Below the pieces are notes generated by a model. That model ran no database searches. It was given only the letters and a program-made list of their open reading frames with translations, and was not told where the DNA came from. 64,000 nucleotides of DNA from Patescibacteria group bacterium (GTDB lineage: Bacteria; Patescibacteriota; Minisyncoccia; Phycocordibacterales; UBA9973), in contig JBBTUY010000001.1 in assembly GCA_038063515.1 (NCBI GenBank), forward strand, positions 74,972 through 138,971, in the 5' to 3' direction. Within the stretch, counting starts at the first letter, position 1. Each line of letters begins with the position of its first letter. This document shows, piece after piece, positions 37,629-47,911 of the stretch. The translations under genes were made by a program, and so were the position numbers.

Positions 37629-39779
37629 ATGAAAAAAATTAATAATCTCGCGCATTTTGTTCTAGGCTTTACTTTCGTGTTTGCCTTCTTTAGTTTGGTA
37701 AATTCTACAACTACTCTATCTCAAATAGTACTTGCAGAAGAACAGACATCTCCAGTAGAAACGGTGGTTCCTGCTCAAGCTAAAGTTGAAGAAGTTTCTG
37801 TTTCTGAAACTTTTGTTCCAGATCCTACAGAAGAAAAGAAAATAGAAGAAGTTCTTCCAAAAGTAGAGACTGCAGAAGCAGCACCAGCTGTTGATACAGC
37901 GAGTGCCTTAGCTAGTGCAGTGTTAGGAGAAGCATTGCAAGTAGTCGCTCCTCCTCTTAAAGCAAAAGTGAGTGCAACAAAGATAGTTTGTAATGAAGAA
38001 TCTGATCTTCCAAACTGGGGTGCAGATGGTAGTGATATAACTTCCACAACCGCTACTACTTTTTTAGCCGCACACACAAACTGTCACAAAGAAGCTTGGA
38101 GTTTTGCTTGGACAGAAAGTTCAATAACCCCTGTTATCGGAGATCAAACTACTGGCACGGGTGGAACAGGCTGGACAGGTTTCAACGATTCAACTTTAAC
38201 AGAAGTACCTTCACAGACTAAAATTTGGGTTCGTGAGCAATTCAAAGATGGATACATTCCTTTTCAAGGAGTAACTATTGCTGAATCAGTTTCAGCGGAA
38301 CTTTACTGTAATACTGATGTGTACAACTACGACAATTTAGAATTCATAGATACTATAGCAGGACAGACATACCACTGTGTTGCTTTTAATGTATTAAAAA
38401 CAACACCAACACCTACGCCAAATGCATGTGATGCAAGTGTTAATTTAATCCAAAATGGAAATTTCGAAGCTCCCGTACTTGCAAACGCTACTTGGGATGT
38501 AATACCTGCTTCAAATCCAATGCTTAAGTGGATGGTGGCTTGGGTTTCTCCAGAGATAAATGGACGATTGGGTCTTGAAATTCAAAACCATGTTGTAGGT
38601 AATCCATTATTAAATGAGCAACATGCAGAGCTAGACGGTGACCACCCAGTAACTATTTGGCAAGATGTTCCTACTGTTTCTGGTCAGACATACACTTTAT
38701 CTTTTGGATATTCTCCTAGACAAGCAAATATTGATAACAGTATACAAGTTAAGATAAATGGTGTAGTACAAGGAGCAACTATTAATGCCAATGGGGATTT
38801 AAACACTAATACTGTATGGCAGACTGTAACTAGAACTTTTGTCGCTACAGGAGCAACTACTAAAGTAGAATTTTATGATAACGGTCCGGATAATACTCAA
38901 GGTGGGTATCTAGACAATGTTACTCTAAAGTGTGCTGGTACAACACCAACACCTAACCCAACTTCTAACGTAGCTCCTGTTGCAAACGCAGGCGTAGACC
39001 AAACACTTACATTACCAACAACAACTGCAACACTAAACGGTACAGGAAGTACTGATTCAGATGGAACTATTACGTCATACGTATGGTCTTTCGTGTCTGG
39101 ACCTTCTACAATAAATCCTGATGACGTAGTTTCTCCAAACATCTCTTCACTCGTAGCTGGTACATATGTATTCCAGCTTGTAGTGACTGATGATGACGGA
39201 GCTACTGGAACTGATACAGTGAGTATTGTAATAAACCCTGAGGGGACTAATAACACTAACGGTAGTGGTAGTAATGGTGGAGGAGGTGGTATTCGTGCAA
39301 AATGTAATGATAACAAGGATAATGATGCTGATGGACTTGTAGATGAAGAAGATCCTGGTTGTCATTCTGATGGTAATGCTAATAATCCTGATTCATATGA
39401 CAAGAGAGATCGAAGTGAGGATGACGGGGGAGCAGTGCTGGGTGCAGCTACTTCAACTTCTTGCGGAATTTATGTTGAGAAGTATCTACGAAAAGGATAC
39501 AAAAACAATGTAGACTCTGTAGTTAAAGTTCAAGTATTCTTGAATGATTATATGGGTGCAGGACTGATGGTTGATGGAGTTTATGGTACAAAGACTGAGG
39601 AAGCTGTACGAGCTTTCCAAGTAAAACAAATGGATAATGTCCTTGCTCCTTGGGGTATTAGTGAACCTACTGGAATCTTTTACCTTACTACTCAAACAGA
39701 GGTAAATAACATAGTTTGTCCTCCATTAGATCTTCCGATACCTTCTAATCTAGTTAATTTCACTCCGAGTGTTATCTAA
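37629..39779 (+). CDS. Large secreted surface protein (jelly-roll/CBM-like, PKD, acidic Cys loop, peptidoglycan-binding domain)
   Basis: Signal peptide from ATG 37629; NLIQNGNFE; APVANAGVDQ..VTDDDG PKD; CNDNKDNDADGLVDEEDPGC; VDGVYGTKTEEAVRAFQ. Confidence 0.8.
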   Translation: MKKINNLAHFVLGFTFVFAFFSLVNSTTTLSQIVLAEEQTSPVETVVPAQAKVEEVSVSETFVPDPTEEKKIEEVLPKVETAEAAPAVDTASALASAVLGEALQVVAPPLKAKVSATKIVCNEESDLPNWGADGSDITSTTATTFLAAHTNCHKEAWSFAWTESSITPVIGDQTTGTGGTGWTGFNDSTLTEVPSQTKIWVREQFKDGYIPFQGVTIAESVSAELYCNTDVYNYDNLEFIDTIAGQTYHCVAFNVLKTTPTPTPNACDASVNLIQNGNFEAPVLANATWDVIPASNPMLKWMVAWVSPEINGRLGLEIQNHVVGNPLLNEQHAELDGDHPVTIWQDVPTVSGQTYTLSFGYSPRQANIDNSIQVKINGVVQGATINANGDLNTNTVWQTVTRTFVATGATTKVEFYDNGPDNTQGGYLDNVTLKCAGTTPTPNPTSNVAPVANAGVDQTLTLPTTTATLNGTGSTDSDGTITSYVWSFVSGPSTINPDDVVSPNISSLVAGTYVFQLVVTDDDGATGTDTVSIVINPEGTNNTNGSGSNGGGGGIRAKCNDNKDNDADGLVDEEDPGCHSDGNANNPDSYDKRDRSEDDGGAVLGAATSTSCGIYVEKYLRKGYKNNVDSVVKVQVFLNDYMGAGLMVDGVYGTKTEEAVRAFQVKQMDNVLAPWGISEPTGIFYLTTQTEVNNIVCPPLDLPIPSNLVNFTPSVI

Positions 39780-39799
39780 TATTTAATTAAAAAGTTAGC

Positions 39800-39838
39800 A
39801 AAACAAAACCCCACATATGTGCCGGGGGTTTTGTTTTC
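39800..39838 (+). terminator. Intrinsic terminator
   Basis: AAAACAAAACCCC ... GGGGTTTTGTTTT. Confidence 0.8.
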
Positions 39839-39925
39839 TGTGTTTCTAAGTTAGAATGTAAGTGTTATATTACATATTAATTTCTAAGATTGACTTTTTG
39901 TAAAAATAAGGTATAATATAAACAC

Positions 39926-40996
39926 ATGAAGAAGCTCTCAAAATGGTTTAAGAAATATTTTATCCCACATCATCACAATGATTACAAACCGCATCTCTTG
40001 CGCTATGAATCTACTGTAGCACTCCTTCTCATACTTGTTATAGTAGAAATACTTTTTTTATTTCAAATACTTTTTGTTTTTAACAAGACAAATTTTCTAG
40101 CTTCTGTTTTACCTGCAGTGCTTACCTCGCTGACTAATGAGCAGAGAGAAGAAAATAACTTAACTCCTCTTGTGGAAAATACATTACTCGTCAAAGCAGC
40201 TCAAATGAAAGCACAAGACATGGCATCAAAAGGATACTTCGCTCATGTGACACCAGACGGCAAGACGCCTTGGTACTGGCTTGATCAAGTGGGCTATAGA
40301 TACAGCAGTGCAGGGGAGAACCTAGCCGTGAATTTCTTTGAATCCCGTGATGTAGCGCAAGCATGGATGAATTCCCCAACTCACCGCGCAAACATCGTAA
40401 AAGCCAATTATAAAGAGATTGGGATAGGTATAGCGAGTGGTGTATATAAAGGAAAAGACACCATATTTGTGGCACAATTTTTCGGTACTCCGACAATACT
40501 AAATTTGAAGGCAAATTCTACGTTATTTCAAGAGACAAAACCTATAACAACTCCAGTAGCTCCGACTACACCAGAAACTAAACCTGTAACACCTACTCCA
40601 AAACTAGAACCTACCACACCCATTACAAACAGAAATGCTGTGGCAGTAGCTTCCATTTCTACACAAGTCTTAGGAGAAGAATCAGCGTCACCGATACAAA
40701 CACAAGCGATACAAGATAAAAGTTTATTTTCAAATACAAAATCCTTCGTAGAGAAAGTCTTATCTTCTCCGCGTTCATATGCAAACTACATTTTAGGAGG
40801 AGTACTAATCGTAACAATTCTCGCTTTACTCCTTTCTTTGTTTATAAGATTTGAAATGGTGCATCATCACAGCGTAGCTAGGGGAGCAGCCATCGTGGCT
40901 ATTGTATTTATGATGATGTTTATAAATATAAAAATATTTAATACAGATATTGATCTACCAGTAGATAACATTTCAGCGAGTGTGATAAATAAATAG
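39926..40996 (+). CDS. CAP/SCP-domain membrane protein
   Basis: KAQDMASKGYFAH, AGENLA, WMNSPTHRANI, EIGIG; TM segments. Confidence 0.9.
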   Translation: MKKLSKWFKKYFIPHHHNDYKPHLLRYESTVALLLILVIVEILFLFQILFVFNKTNFLASVLPAVLTSLTNEQREENNLTPLVENTLLVKAAQMKAQDMASKGYFAHVTPDGKTPWYWLDQVGYRYSSAGENLAVNFFESRDVAQAWMNSPTHRANIVKANYKEIGIGIASGVYKGKDTIFVAQFFGTPTILNLKANSTLFQETKPITTPVAPTTPETKPVTPTPKLEPTTPITNRNAVAVASISTQVLGEESASPIQTQAIQDKSLFSNTKSFVEKVLSSPRSYANYILGGVLIVTILALLLSLFIRFEMVHHHSVARGAAIVAIVFMMMFINIKIFNTDIDLPVDNISASVINK

Positions 40997-41073
40997 TAAG
41001 TCAGAGGGTGAAGGCCACTGACTTACTATAAAAAGGGTAGCCAAGACTTGAATGTCTTGGCTACCCTTTTTAT
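40993..41073. other. Twin perfect hairpins (12-bp and 20-bp stems); second may act as terminator
   Basis: ATAGTAAGTCAG/CTGACTTACTAT and ATAAAAAGGGTAGCCAAGAC/GTCTTGGCTACCCTTTTTAT. Confidence 0.85.
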
Positions 41074-41108
41074 TTTGCATTATTGAGATTTATTGTTACA
41101 ATGGGTGT

Positions 41109-41366
41109 ATGAATAAAGGAAGAATTTTGTTATTTTTAGGTATCTGGGTGGCTTTGTTGCCTTATCTTGGTTTTCCTATTTTTTTGAAAAACATTTTACT
41201 CAGCATTTCTGGTCTTGTTGTTATATATTTTAGCTATGCTATTTACAAAAAAGATCAGAAAAAAGATATAAAGCTTGATAGTTTTCGAGAGAACTCCGAC
41301 TTCACCCCTGCCAGTATCAGCAAAGAATTAAATAATAATACAGAAACAAACGACGATGCCTCCTAA
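41109..41366 (+). CDS. Small two-TM membrane protein
   Basis: MNKGRILLFLGIWVALLPYLGFP; TGn-TACAAT 7 nt upstream of ATG 41109. Confidence 0.75.
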   Translation: MNKGRILLFLGIWVALLPYLGFPIFLKNILLSISGLVVIYFSYAIYKKDQKKDIKLDSFRENSDFTPASISKELNNNTETNDDAS

Positions 41367-42600
41367 TCCAATACCAAAACTAAATTTTATGAAAAGAAAA
41401 TTTATCACTATTCCTTTTGTGTTTGTTCTTTTTATCGGTATCTTTGCTGGAGGAGTGTATGTAGGATATGCTAGACATCCAGATATAGATAAAGTAGTTT
41501 TACAAAATAAAGAGGCAGCAGTAGAGACTCAAGCAGATTTTGCTCCATTTTGGAAAGTTTGGAATACAATAAATGAAAAATATCCCCGAGCTGAAAAAAT
41601 AACAGACCAAGAAAAGATATATGGTGCGATTTCCGGTCTGATGAGCTCATTAGATGATCCATATAGTACATTTTTTAATCCTGAAGAAAAAAAATCTTTT
41701 GAAGAAGAAATACAAGGGAATTTTAGTGGTATAGGTATCGAAATAGGGATGAGAAACAAAATACTTACTGTAATTTCTCCACTTAAGGGTACTCCTGCAT
41801 ACAGAGCAGGCATGAAGCCAGGGGATAAGATATTAAAGATAGACAAGACCGTAACATCAGACATGACAATGGAAGCTGCTATTAAACTCTTGCGTGGAGA
41901 AAAAGGGACTAAGGTTGTACTTACAGTGCTTCATGAAGGGGATGAAAAATCAGTAGAGATAGAGATTATTCGTGATACCATAAACATCCCGACGTTAGAG
42001 ACTGAGATTAGAAAAGATGGTATTTTTGTGATTAAGCTGTATAGCTTTACTGGTAATTCTGCTAGCTTGTTTCGTAATGCTATGAAGGAGTTTACAGAAT
42101 CAGGGACAGACAAGCTTTTGCTCGACCTTCGTGGTAATCCCGGAGGATATCTGGACTCAGCTGTGAGTATGGCGAGCTGGTTCTTGCCTGAGGGCAAGAT
42201 TGTGACGACGGAGGATTATGGTAACAACAAAACTCCTGAAATATATAGAAGTAGAGGTTACAACATTTTCAATGATAAATTAAAATTTGTTATCCTCATA
42301 AATGGTGGCTCAGCGTCAGCATCAGAAATACTTGCAGGTGCTATGCAAGATCACAAGCGTGCAGTGCTTGTAGGTACAAAGAGCTATGGTAAAGGCTCCG
42401 TGCAAGAAGTATTAAACATAACTCCCGAAACTCTTCTTAAGATCACAGTAGCTAAATGGCTTACACCAAATGGCAACACCATAGCAGAGATAGGACTAAC
42501 GCCTGATTATACTGTAGAGCATGTAAAGAAAAATGCTGAGGACAAGACAGATCCCCAGCTCGACAAAGCAGTAGAATTGTTATTAAATATGAACAACTAA
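41356..42600 (+). CDS. ctpA: S41 C-terminal processing protease (PDZ)
   Basis: [39 protein letters not shown]. Confidence 0.93.
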   Translation: MPPNPIPKLNFMKRKFITIPFVFVLFIGIFAGGVYVGYARHPDIDKVVLQNKEAAVETQADFAPFWKVWNTINEKYPRAEKITDQEKIYGAISGLMSSLDDPYSTFFNPEEKKSFEEEIQGNFSGIGIEIGMRNKILTVISPLKGTPAYRAGMKPGDKILKIDKTVTSDMTMEAAIKLLRGEKGTKVVLTVLHEGDEKSVEIEIIRDTINIPTLETEIRKDGIFVIKLYSFTGNSASLFRNAMKEFTESGTDKLLLDLRGNPGGYLDSAVSMASWFLPEGKIVTTEDYGNNKTPEIYRSRGYNIFNDKLKFVILINGGSASASEILAGAMQDHKRAVLVGTKSYGKGSVQEVLNITPETLLKITVAKWLTPNGNTIAEIGLTPDYTVEHVKKNAEDKTDPQLDKAVELLLNMNN

Positions 42601-42613
42601 AATAAGTAAATAT

Positions 42614-43057
42614 ATGAAAGTGATTTTCTTAAAAGATGTGCCGAGAGTAGGGAAGAAGTATGATGTAAAAGACGTAGGAGATGGATACGCTATGAATTTT
42701 CTTCTACCAAAAAGACTTGCAGAAACTGCTACTCCAAAAGCCCTCGTAGAGCTAGAAAAGAGAAAGAAAAACATAGAAATAGAAAGGAAAATTCAAGAAG
42801 ATTTGCTCCTGAAAAATCTGGAAGAAATAAAAAGTAAAACTCTACATATAAAAGCAAAAGCCGATGAAAAAGGGCATTTATTTTCTGGTATACACAGCAA
42901 AGAAATAGTAGATGCTATGAAAAAAGAGCATCACGCAGACATATCTCCAGAATTTATCTTATTAGATAAAGCTATAAAACAAATAGGTGAACACGAAATA
43001 GGAATACAAGTAGACAAAATGAAGTCTTCATTTATACTCGTCGTGGAGAGGGTTTAG
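42614..43057 (+). CDS. rplI: 50S ribosomal protein L9
   Basis: [26 protein letters not shown]. Confidence 0.95.
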   Translation: MKVIFLKDVPRVGKKYDVKDVGDGYAMNFLLPKRLAETATPKALVELEKRKKNIEIERKIQEDLLLKNLEEIKSKTLHIKAKADEKGHLFSGIHSKEIVDAMKKEHHADISPEFILLDKAIKQIGEHEIGIQVDKMKSSFILVVERV

Positions 43058-43338
43058 GCAGCTATTGCTATAACATTCACTACCTTTTTAGTCACAGTCT
43101 TTCCATTGAAAGAAGTCTTCCTTCTAGACACGAATTTTACCTTTCCTGCGATTAGAGAAAACAGAGTATGGTCCTTACCCATAGAAACATTAGTACCAGC
43201 TAGTACGTCTGTACCACGCTGACGTATGATTATAGAGCCAGGCTGTGCATCCTGTCCATCAGTAAGCTTCACACCGAGGTATTTTGGGTTTGAGTCTCTT
43301 AAATTTTTGGCGGTTCCGCCGGCTTTTCTATGTGCCAT
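43054..43338 (-). CDS. rpmA: 50S ribosomal protein L27
   Basis: [27 protein letters not shown]. Confidence 0.97.
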   Translation of the reverse strand: MAHRKAGGTAKNLRDSNPKYLGVKLTDGQDAQPGSIIIRQRGTDVLAGTNVSMGKDHTLFSLIAGKVKFVSRRKTSFNGKTVTKKVVNVIAIAA

Positions 43339-43396
43339 ATTGCTGTTTTGTTATTTAATGCTAAAATTTACGTGTATGTAGAGTTTACACAATTAT

Positions 43397-43831
43397 ATGG
43401 AAAAAATCAAGTCATTCCTAGAAAGTGATCGAGGTAAGAATATATTGCTTATTTTTATCATCATTTTTATGGCGATAAGCTCATTTGAATTAGGTAGAAT
43501 ATCTAAGTCAGATCAGACTTCGGGGGTCAAAATAACAGAGACAATAGAGGAATACAGTGTAGCCAATACTCAGCCTGCAGATGTACTAGGGGCCTCAAAA
43601 AGCCTCGTAGAGGCTAAAAATACCACTATTCGTAGTTCTAGTACTCCTAAAATTGTCGAGCCAAAAGCTCCTGCCCCTAAGGATATTTATTTTGCTTCTA
43701 AAAGAGGAAAGAAATATTATCCACTTGGATGCTCTGCAGGTAAGACTATTAAACAAGAAAATAGAATTTACTATGACAATAGGGGAGAAGCCGAAGCTGC
43801 TGGTTACGAGCTTTCGAGTTCGTGTCGTTAG
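43397..43831 (+). CDS. Membrane-anchored protein with C-terminal Ada-like metal-binding domain
   Basis: TM helix; YFASKRGKKYYPLGC...NRIYY...EAEAAGY. Confidence 0.7.
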   Translation: MEKIKSFLESDRGKNILLIFIIIFMAISSFELGRISKSDQTSGVKITETIEEYSVANTQPADVLGASKSLVEAKNTTIRSSSTPKIVEPKAPAPKDIYFASKRGKKYYPLGCSAGKTIKQENRIYYDNRGEAEAAGYELSSSCR

Positions 43832-43936
43832 TAATACAGGAGGACGTCGCACAATATATCTTGGATACCACTATTATGTGTATAATACACCTTGGGGCTT
43901 GCTGAGTCTTTTGTAAGCTACCCTAGGTCGTTTAAA

Positions 43937-44086
43937 TTACTTAAGGACACTTCCAAAATAATTTCTGAACCAATTGTAGGCTTCAGTTAGGGTTATCCCC
44001 GAGTATTTCATTATAAGTAATGCGATAATAATTACTATTATTAATTCGATAACTCCTTTTTGTTTTTGTAATGATTGATTATTCAT
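43937..44086 (-). CDS. Small (49 aa) pilin-like membrane peptide
   Basis: Manual translation MNNQSLQKQKGVIELIIVIIIALLIMKYSGITLTEAYNWFRNYFGSVLK*; class III signal-like KG|hydrophobic helix; not in ORF track. Confidence 0.75.
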   Translation of the reverse strand: MNNQSLQKQKGVIELIIVIIIALLIMKYSGITLTEAYNWFRNYFGSVLK

Positions 44087-44122
44087 ACTCTGATACAAAA
44101 TTTAACTAATAATTTTTTATCT

Positions 44123-45451
44123 TTATGGCTGTGGTACATATTTTGGTAAATAATACATTGGGTCAAGATACGCATTTGTAGCTGCTATAGGCTGTTTTAA
44201 GGTCTTTCCAGGGCAAGATTTACTAGGTAGTGTAGATACTTCTACAGCACTAGATACGTACAAAGATACATGAAGATGAGGCCCAGTACTTCTGCCTGTA
44301 CCGCCAGTATATCCTACAACCTCACCTCGTCGAACTTTTTGCCCTTCAGAGGCTTTTATAAGTGACAAGTGTCCGTATGTACTAGATAAGCCATTGTCAT
44401 ATTTTATAAAAACCCATTTACCAAATGATACTCCTGGACATAAAAGATCTGTATCTCCAGTGCCTAAAACTACTCCATCAGCCATAGAATAAACTGGTAA
44501 TGGCGTACGAGCTCTAAAATCAGTACCGCTGTGTCCGCTTGCATAAGTACGGTGTGGGCCGGTCTTAGCGCCAAATTCTTGTGTTACGTATGTCCTATCG
44601 AGTGGCCAGCTTAATACGCCTGCAGACGGAAGCTTTGAAGGGTCCAAGATGAATTTTAATTGCGACTCATAGCTACGTAGCTCCTGTTCAAAAGCTATCT
44701 TTTTTGCTGTCTGTGCTTTTACTAATGTTTGATATGCAGACTCACTATTTTGTGTTTGTTTTAAAAGTTTTGTTTTTTCATTTGCATTCTGTACTATTAT
44801 TTTTTGCTGATCTGCTAATTCTGTTTTTAATTTTATAAGCTCATTTTTAGCGTTTACAGTAAGGCTTCTGGTGTCTTCAAGGACTACTTTTATTTCTTTT
44901 AATTTTGAGATATTTTCTATAATTTTCTCTCGAACTACCGCTCTAGCGTCTACGTCATTCCATATAGTACTAAAATCATCTTTAGAAAGTATGCTTGTGA
45001 TCAGGCTCTGATTCTCTAGTTCATTTGTTTCTCTTATTTCTAGGGCTATAGAGTCTCTGTGGTTTAATATTGCACCTTCTTTACTACCAATATCTGAGCT
45101 CAAACCTTCTATTTTGAGATTTGTTCTATCTATCTTCTTTTGAGTTACAGATATGTCTGTGATTAATTTCTTTTTCGTGAGATCAAGCTCCTTTATAGAT
45201 CCACTTAATGAATCTTTTTGTTTACCAAGAGTATCTAATTCTCCTTGATAAATTCTTATTTGTTCTTCGAGCTTAGCTATGTCAACATTTTTCTGATCAA
45301 TACGATCTCTTATTTCTTCTGCTGTTTCTGCGTAGGAAAAAACATACGGAATAAAAACTAAAATTCCTATTACACAGGAAACTCCTATGTAATTACATAG
45401 GAGTTTCCTGTGTAATTTAAACTGTTTTTTGTAATCTAGATAATGTCTCAT
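44123..45451 (-). CDS. Coiled-coil + M23 peptidase (murein hydrolase/EnvC-like)
   Basis: Long coiled coil; HSGTDF, YGHLS, STGPHLH motifs. Confidence 0.88.
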   Translation of the reverse strand: MRHYLDYKKQFKLHRKLLCNYIGVSCVIGILVFIPYVFSYAETAEEIRDRIDQKNVDIAKLEEQIRIYQGELDTLGKQKDSLSGSIKELDLTKKKLITDISVTQKKIDRTNLKIEGLSSDIGSKEGAILNHRDSIALEIRETNELENQSLITSILSKDDFSTIWNDVDARAVVREKIIENISKLKEIKVVLEDTRSLTVNAKNELIKLKTELADQQKIIVQNANEKTKLLKQTQNSESAYQTLVKAQTAKKIAFEQELRSYESQLKFILDPSKLPSAGVLSWPLDRTYVTQEFGAKTGPHRTYASGHSGTDFRARTPLPVYSMADGVVLGTGDTDLLCPGVSFGKWVFIKYDNGLSSTYGHLSLIKASEGQKVRRGEVVGYTGGTGRSTGPHLHVSLYVSSAVEVSTLPSKSCPGKTLKQPIAATNAYLDPMYYLPKYVPQP

Positions 45452-46736
45452 TTTTTCCTATTATAGAAGCTATGATAAATGGATCAGGGGATCGATTGAG
45501 TCCTGATAGGGCATACCGGACAGGGTGGAGGAGCTCTCCCCTACTTTCTAAAGTATTTGCAACAGACATTAAAGAATTTTTAATATTATCTAAAACAAAA
45601 TCTTTCTCATCTATGTCTTCTAATGCTTTTATCGCTAGCTTTATGTTGGCTCTTGTTTTTTCTAAGGTAGAATTTTTATATAATAATTTTTCTTTTGTTA
45701 TCTCTGGAGCTTTAACAAATAAGTCTAACTCCCCTTTCTGCACCATTTCTTTTATATCACTCCATTTTGAAATCCTTTCAAATATTACTGGGACAATTTT
45801 CACATCCCTCATATTTTCTGGTAAATTTTCTAAAATATTTCTTTCAATTTCTTCTTGTGAAAGTAATTTCATGTGTTCTTTGTTGAACCATTCAAGCTTT
45901 TCACTATTTAAAACTGCAGGACTTCTCTGAACTCTCTCTAGTTCAAATGCAGACACAAGCTCATCATGGGTAAAAATTTCTTTATCTGTGCCTGGGTTCC
46001 AGCCCACAAAAGCGACACCATTTAAGATCCCCTGAGGCAAGAAGCCAAGCTTTTTGTATTCCATTATTGGCAATGCACCACGACGCTTTGAAAGTTTTAG
46101 CTTATCAGGACCTAAAACTAGAGGTAGATGCGCATACACAGGAGTCGGTGCCCCTATGGCTCTTTGTATGAGTATCTGCCTTGGGGTATTTGAAGTTAGG
46201 TCTTCGCCTCGTATTATGTGAGTCACATTTTCTTCAAAATCATCGACGACGACCGTGAGGTGATGTAGTGGTTCATTAGGACTTCGTGCAATTATAAAAT
46301 CACCTAAATCTTTAGTATTAGTGGTAACATCTCCTTTAATTTCATCGTGAAAGGTCACGTCGGTATTTGGGTTTTTAAATCGTACCAATTCGCGCATGAC
46401 ACCACTGCCATCTTTGGCCTCTTCTTTGGAAATATATGCAGAACCTTCATCTATTAGTTTTTGTATATAAAATTTATGTCGATCTATGTTTTCAGATTGA
46501 CGATAAAATTTGTCGTATTTAAGGCCTAACCATTCAAGACTTTCTAATATATTATCTTCATACTCCTTTTTGTCTCGAGCAGGGTCGGTGTCTTCTATTC
46601 TAAGAATAAATTCACCACCGTGTTTTTTAGCATATAAATAAGAAAATATAGTAGTACGGTATGTACCCAAATGTAGTAGACCTGTGGGACTAGGCGCAAA
46701 CCTAGTAATAACCTTTGGATTTTTACTATCTTCCAT
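45417..46736 (-). CDS. gltX: Glutamyl-tRNA synthetase
   Basis: RFAPSPTG, HLGT, LRIEDTD, IRGED, KLSKR. Confidence 0.96.
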   Translation of the reverse strand: MEDSKNPKVITRFAPSPTGLLHLGTYRTTIFSYLYAKKHGGEFILRIEDTDPARDKKEYEDNILESLEWLGLKYDKFYRQSENIDRHKFYIQKLIDEGSAYISKEEAKDGSGVMRELVRFKNPNTDVTFHDEIKGDVTTNTKDLGDFIIARSPNEPLHHLTVVVDDFEENVTHIIRGEDLTSNTPRQILIQRAIGAPTPVYAHLPLVLGPDKLKLSKRRGALPIMEYKKLGFLPQGILNGVAFVGWNPGTDKEIFTHDELVSAFELERVQRSPAVLNSEKLEWFNKEHMKLLSQEEIERNILENLPENMRDVKIVPVIFERISKWSDIKEMVQKGELDLFVKAPEITKEKLLYKNSTLEKTRANIKLAIKALEDIDEKDFVLDNIKNSLMSVANTLESRGELLHPVRYALSGLNRSPDPFIIASIIGKNETLSRLQKTV

Positions 46737-46768
46737 AATGCTATTTTAGCATTAAATGGATTATTTTT

Positions 46769-47911
46769 CTATTTTTCGTGACTGAGAGCTAGGTCAATGA
46801 TGGCACGGGCTATTTTCATGGCAGCACCTGGTTTATTGAATGCTTTTGCACTTTCTGACATTTCTTTCCAGCTTTCTTTGTCTTCTATTATTCTCTCTAC
46901 CTCAGAACTTAAAATACTTCCAGTCATGTTGGATTCTTCTATAACACTACACGCTCCAGCACGAGCATAATCAAAAGCATTTTTCTTGGAATGGTCACCG
47001 TTTGACGAAGTAAAAGGAATGAGAATGGCTGGTATACCCCAAGATGCTATTTCAAAAATAGTTGACCCTGCTCTTGATATTATTATGGTTGCTGCACCTG
47101 CCGCCATTTTCATAGTGAGAGAGTTTAAAAAAGGCATAGAGATGTACCTAGACTTATTTTCCTCATTGTCTAGGATAATACTAGATCTACCTGACACCAT
47201 TTCAAAATTCCTAACACCAGTTTGGTGAATGACCTGATAGTTTTTTATTAACCGAGGCAATGCATCAAGGACAGTATGATTTATGAGCTCAGCTCCTTGA
47301 GATCCACCTAAAATTAATACTACGGGTAAATTAGACTCTAATTTAAAGTATTCAAAAGCCTCACTTTTTAATGCGGGGTGCTCTATCTCTGTGCGTATTG
47401 GTTGCCCTGTATAAGCTACTTTTTTTGCTGGGAAAAAGCTTCCGACATTTTTAAAAGAAATTGCTATCTTTTTTGCAAAACGTCCTGCCCATTTATTTAC
47501 TCTACCTGGTGCAGAATCTGACTCATGAATAATTACAGGTATAAATAGTATCCTTGCTGCACAGATTGTGGGAAATGAGGCATAGCCACCCTTACTAAAT
47601 ACAACGTCGGGGTATATAGAAAAGAGTGTACGTATAGCTTTTATGACACCGATAGAAGTTTTCCATAAATCAAAAAAATTCAGATACAGACTTTTGAATG
47701 AGGAATATAAGCGGAGCTTTCCTGTACTTATTTCTATATAGGCAATTCTATTTTCAAAAAGCATTTCTTTGTCATATGGACTATCAGAAATGTAGTAGAG
47801 TTTTGTTCCTACTATCTTCTCATCATCTAATATTTTATTTACTTTTTGAGCAACAGCAATAAGAGGATAAAAATGCCCACCAGTACCCCCACCTGTAAAT
47901 ACTATTTTCAT
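46769..47911 (-). CDS. murG: MurG glycosyltransferase
   Basis: GGGTGGH, KGGYAS, GGSQGA, ISRAGS. Confidence 0.95.
   Translation of the reverse strand: MKIVFTGGGTGGHFYPLIAVAQKVNKILDDEKIVGTKLYYISDSPYDKEMLFENRIAYIEISTGKLRLYSSFKSLYLNFFDLWKTSIGVIKAIRTLFSIYPDVVFSKGGYASFPTICAARILFIPVIIHESDSAPGRVNKWAGRFAKKIAISFKNVGSFFPAKKVAYTGQPIRTEIEHPALKSEAFEYFKLESNLPVVLILGGSQGAELINHTVLDALPRLIKNYQVIHQTGVRNFEMVSGRSSIILDNEENKSRYISMPFLNSLTMKMAAGAATIIISRAGSTIFEIASWGIPAILIPFTSSNGDHSKKNAFDYARAGACSVIEESNMTGSILSSEVERIIEDKESWKEMSESAKAFNKPGAAMKIARAIIDLALSHEK

Noticed and set aside
43891-44003. 6S RNA or SRP RNA
   Set aside because: Ends can pair, but it is short for 6S, lacks the SRP domain IV motif, and most of it is explained by a minus-strand 49-aa CDS.
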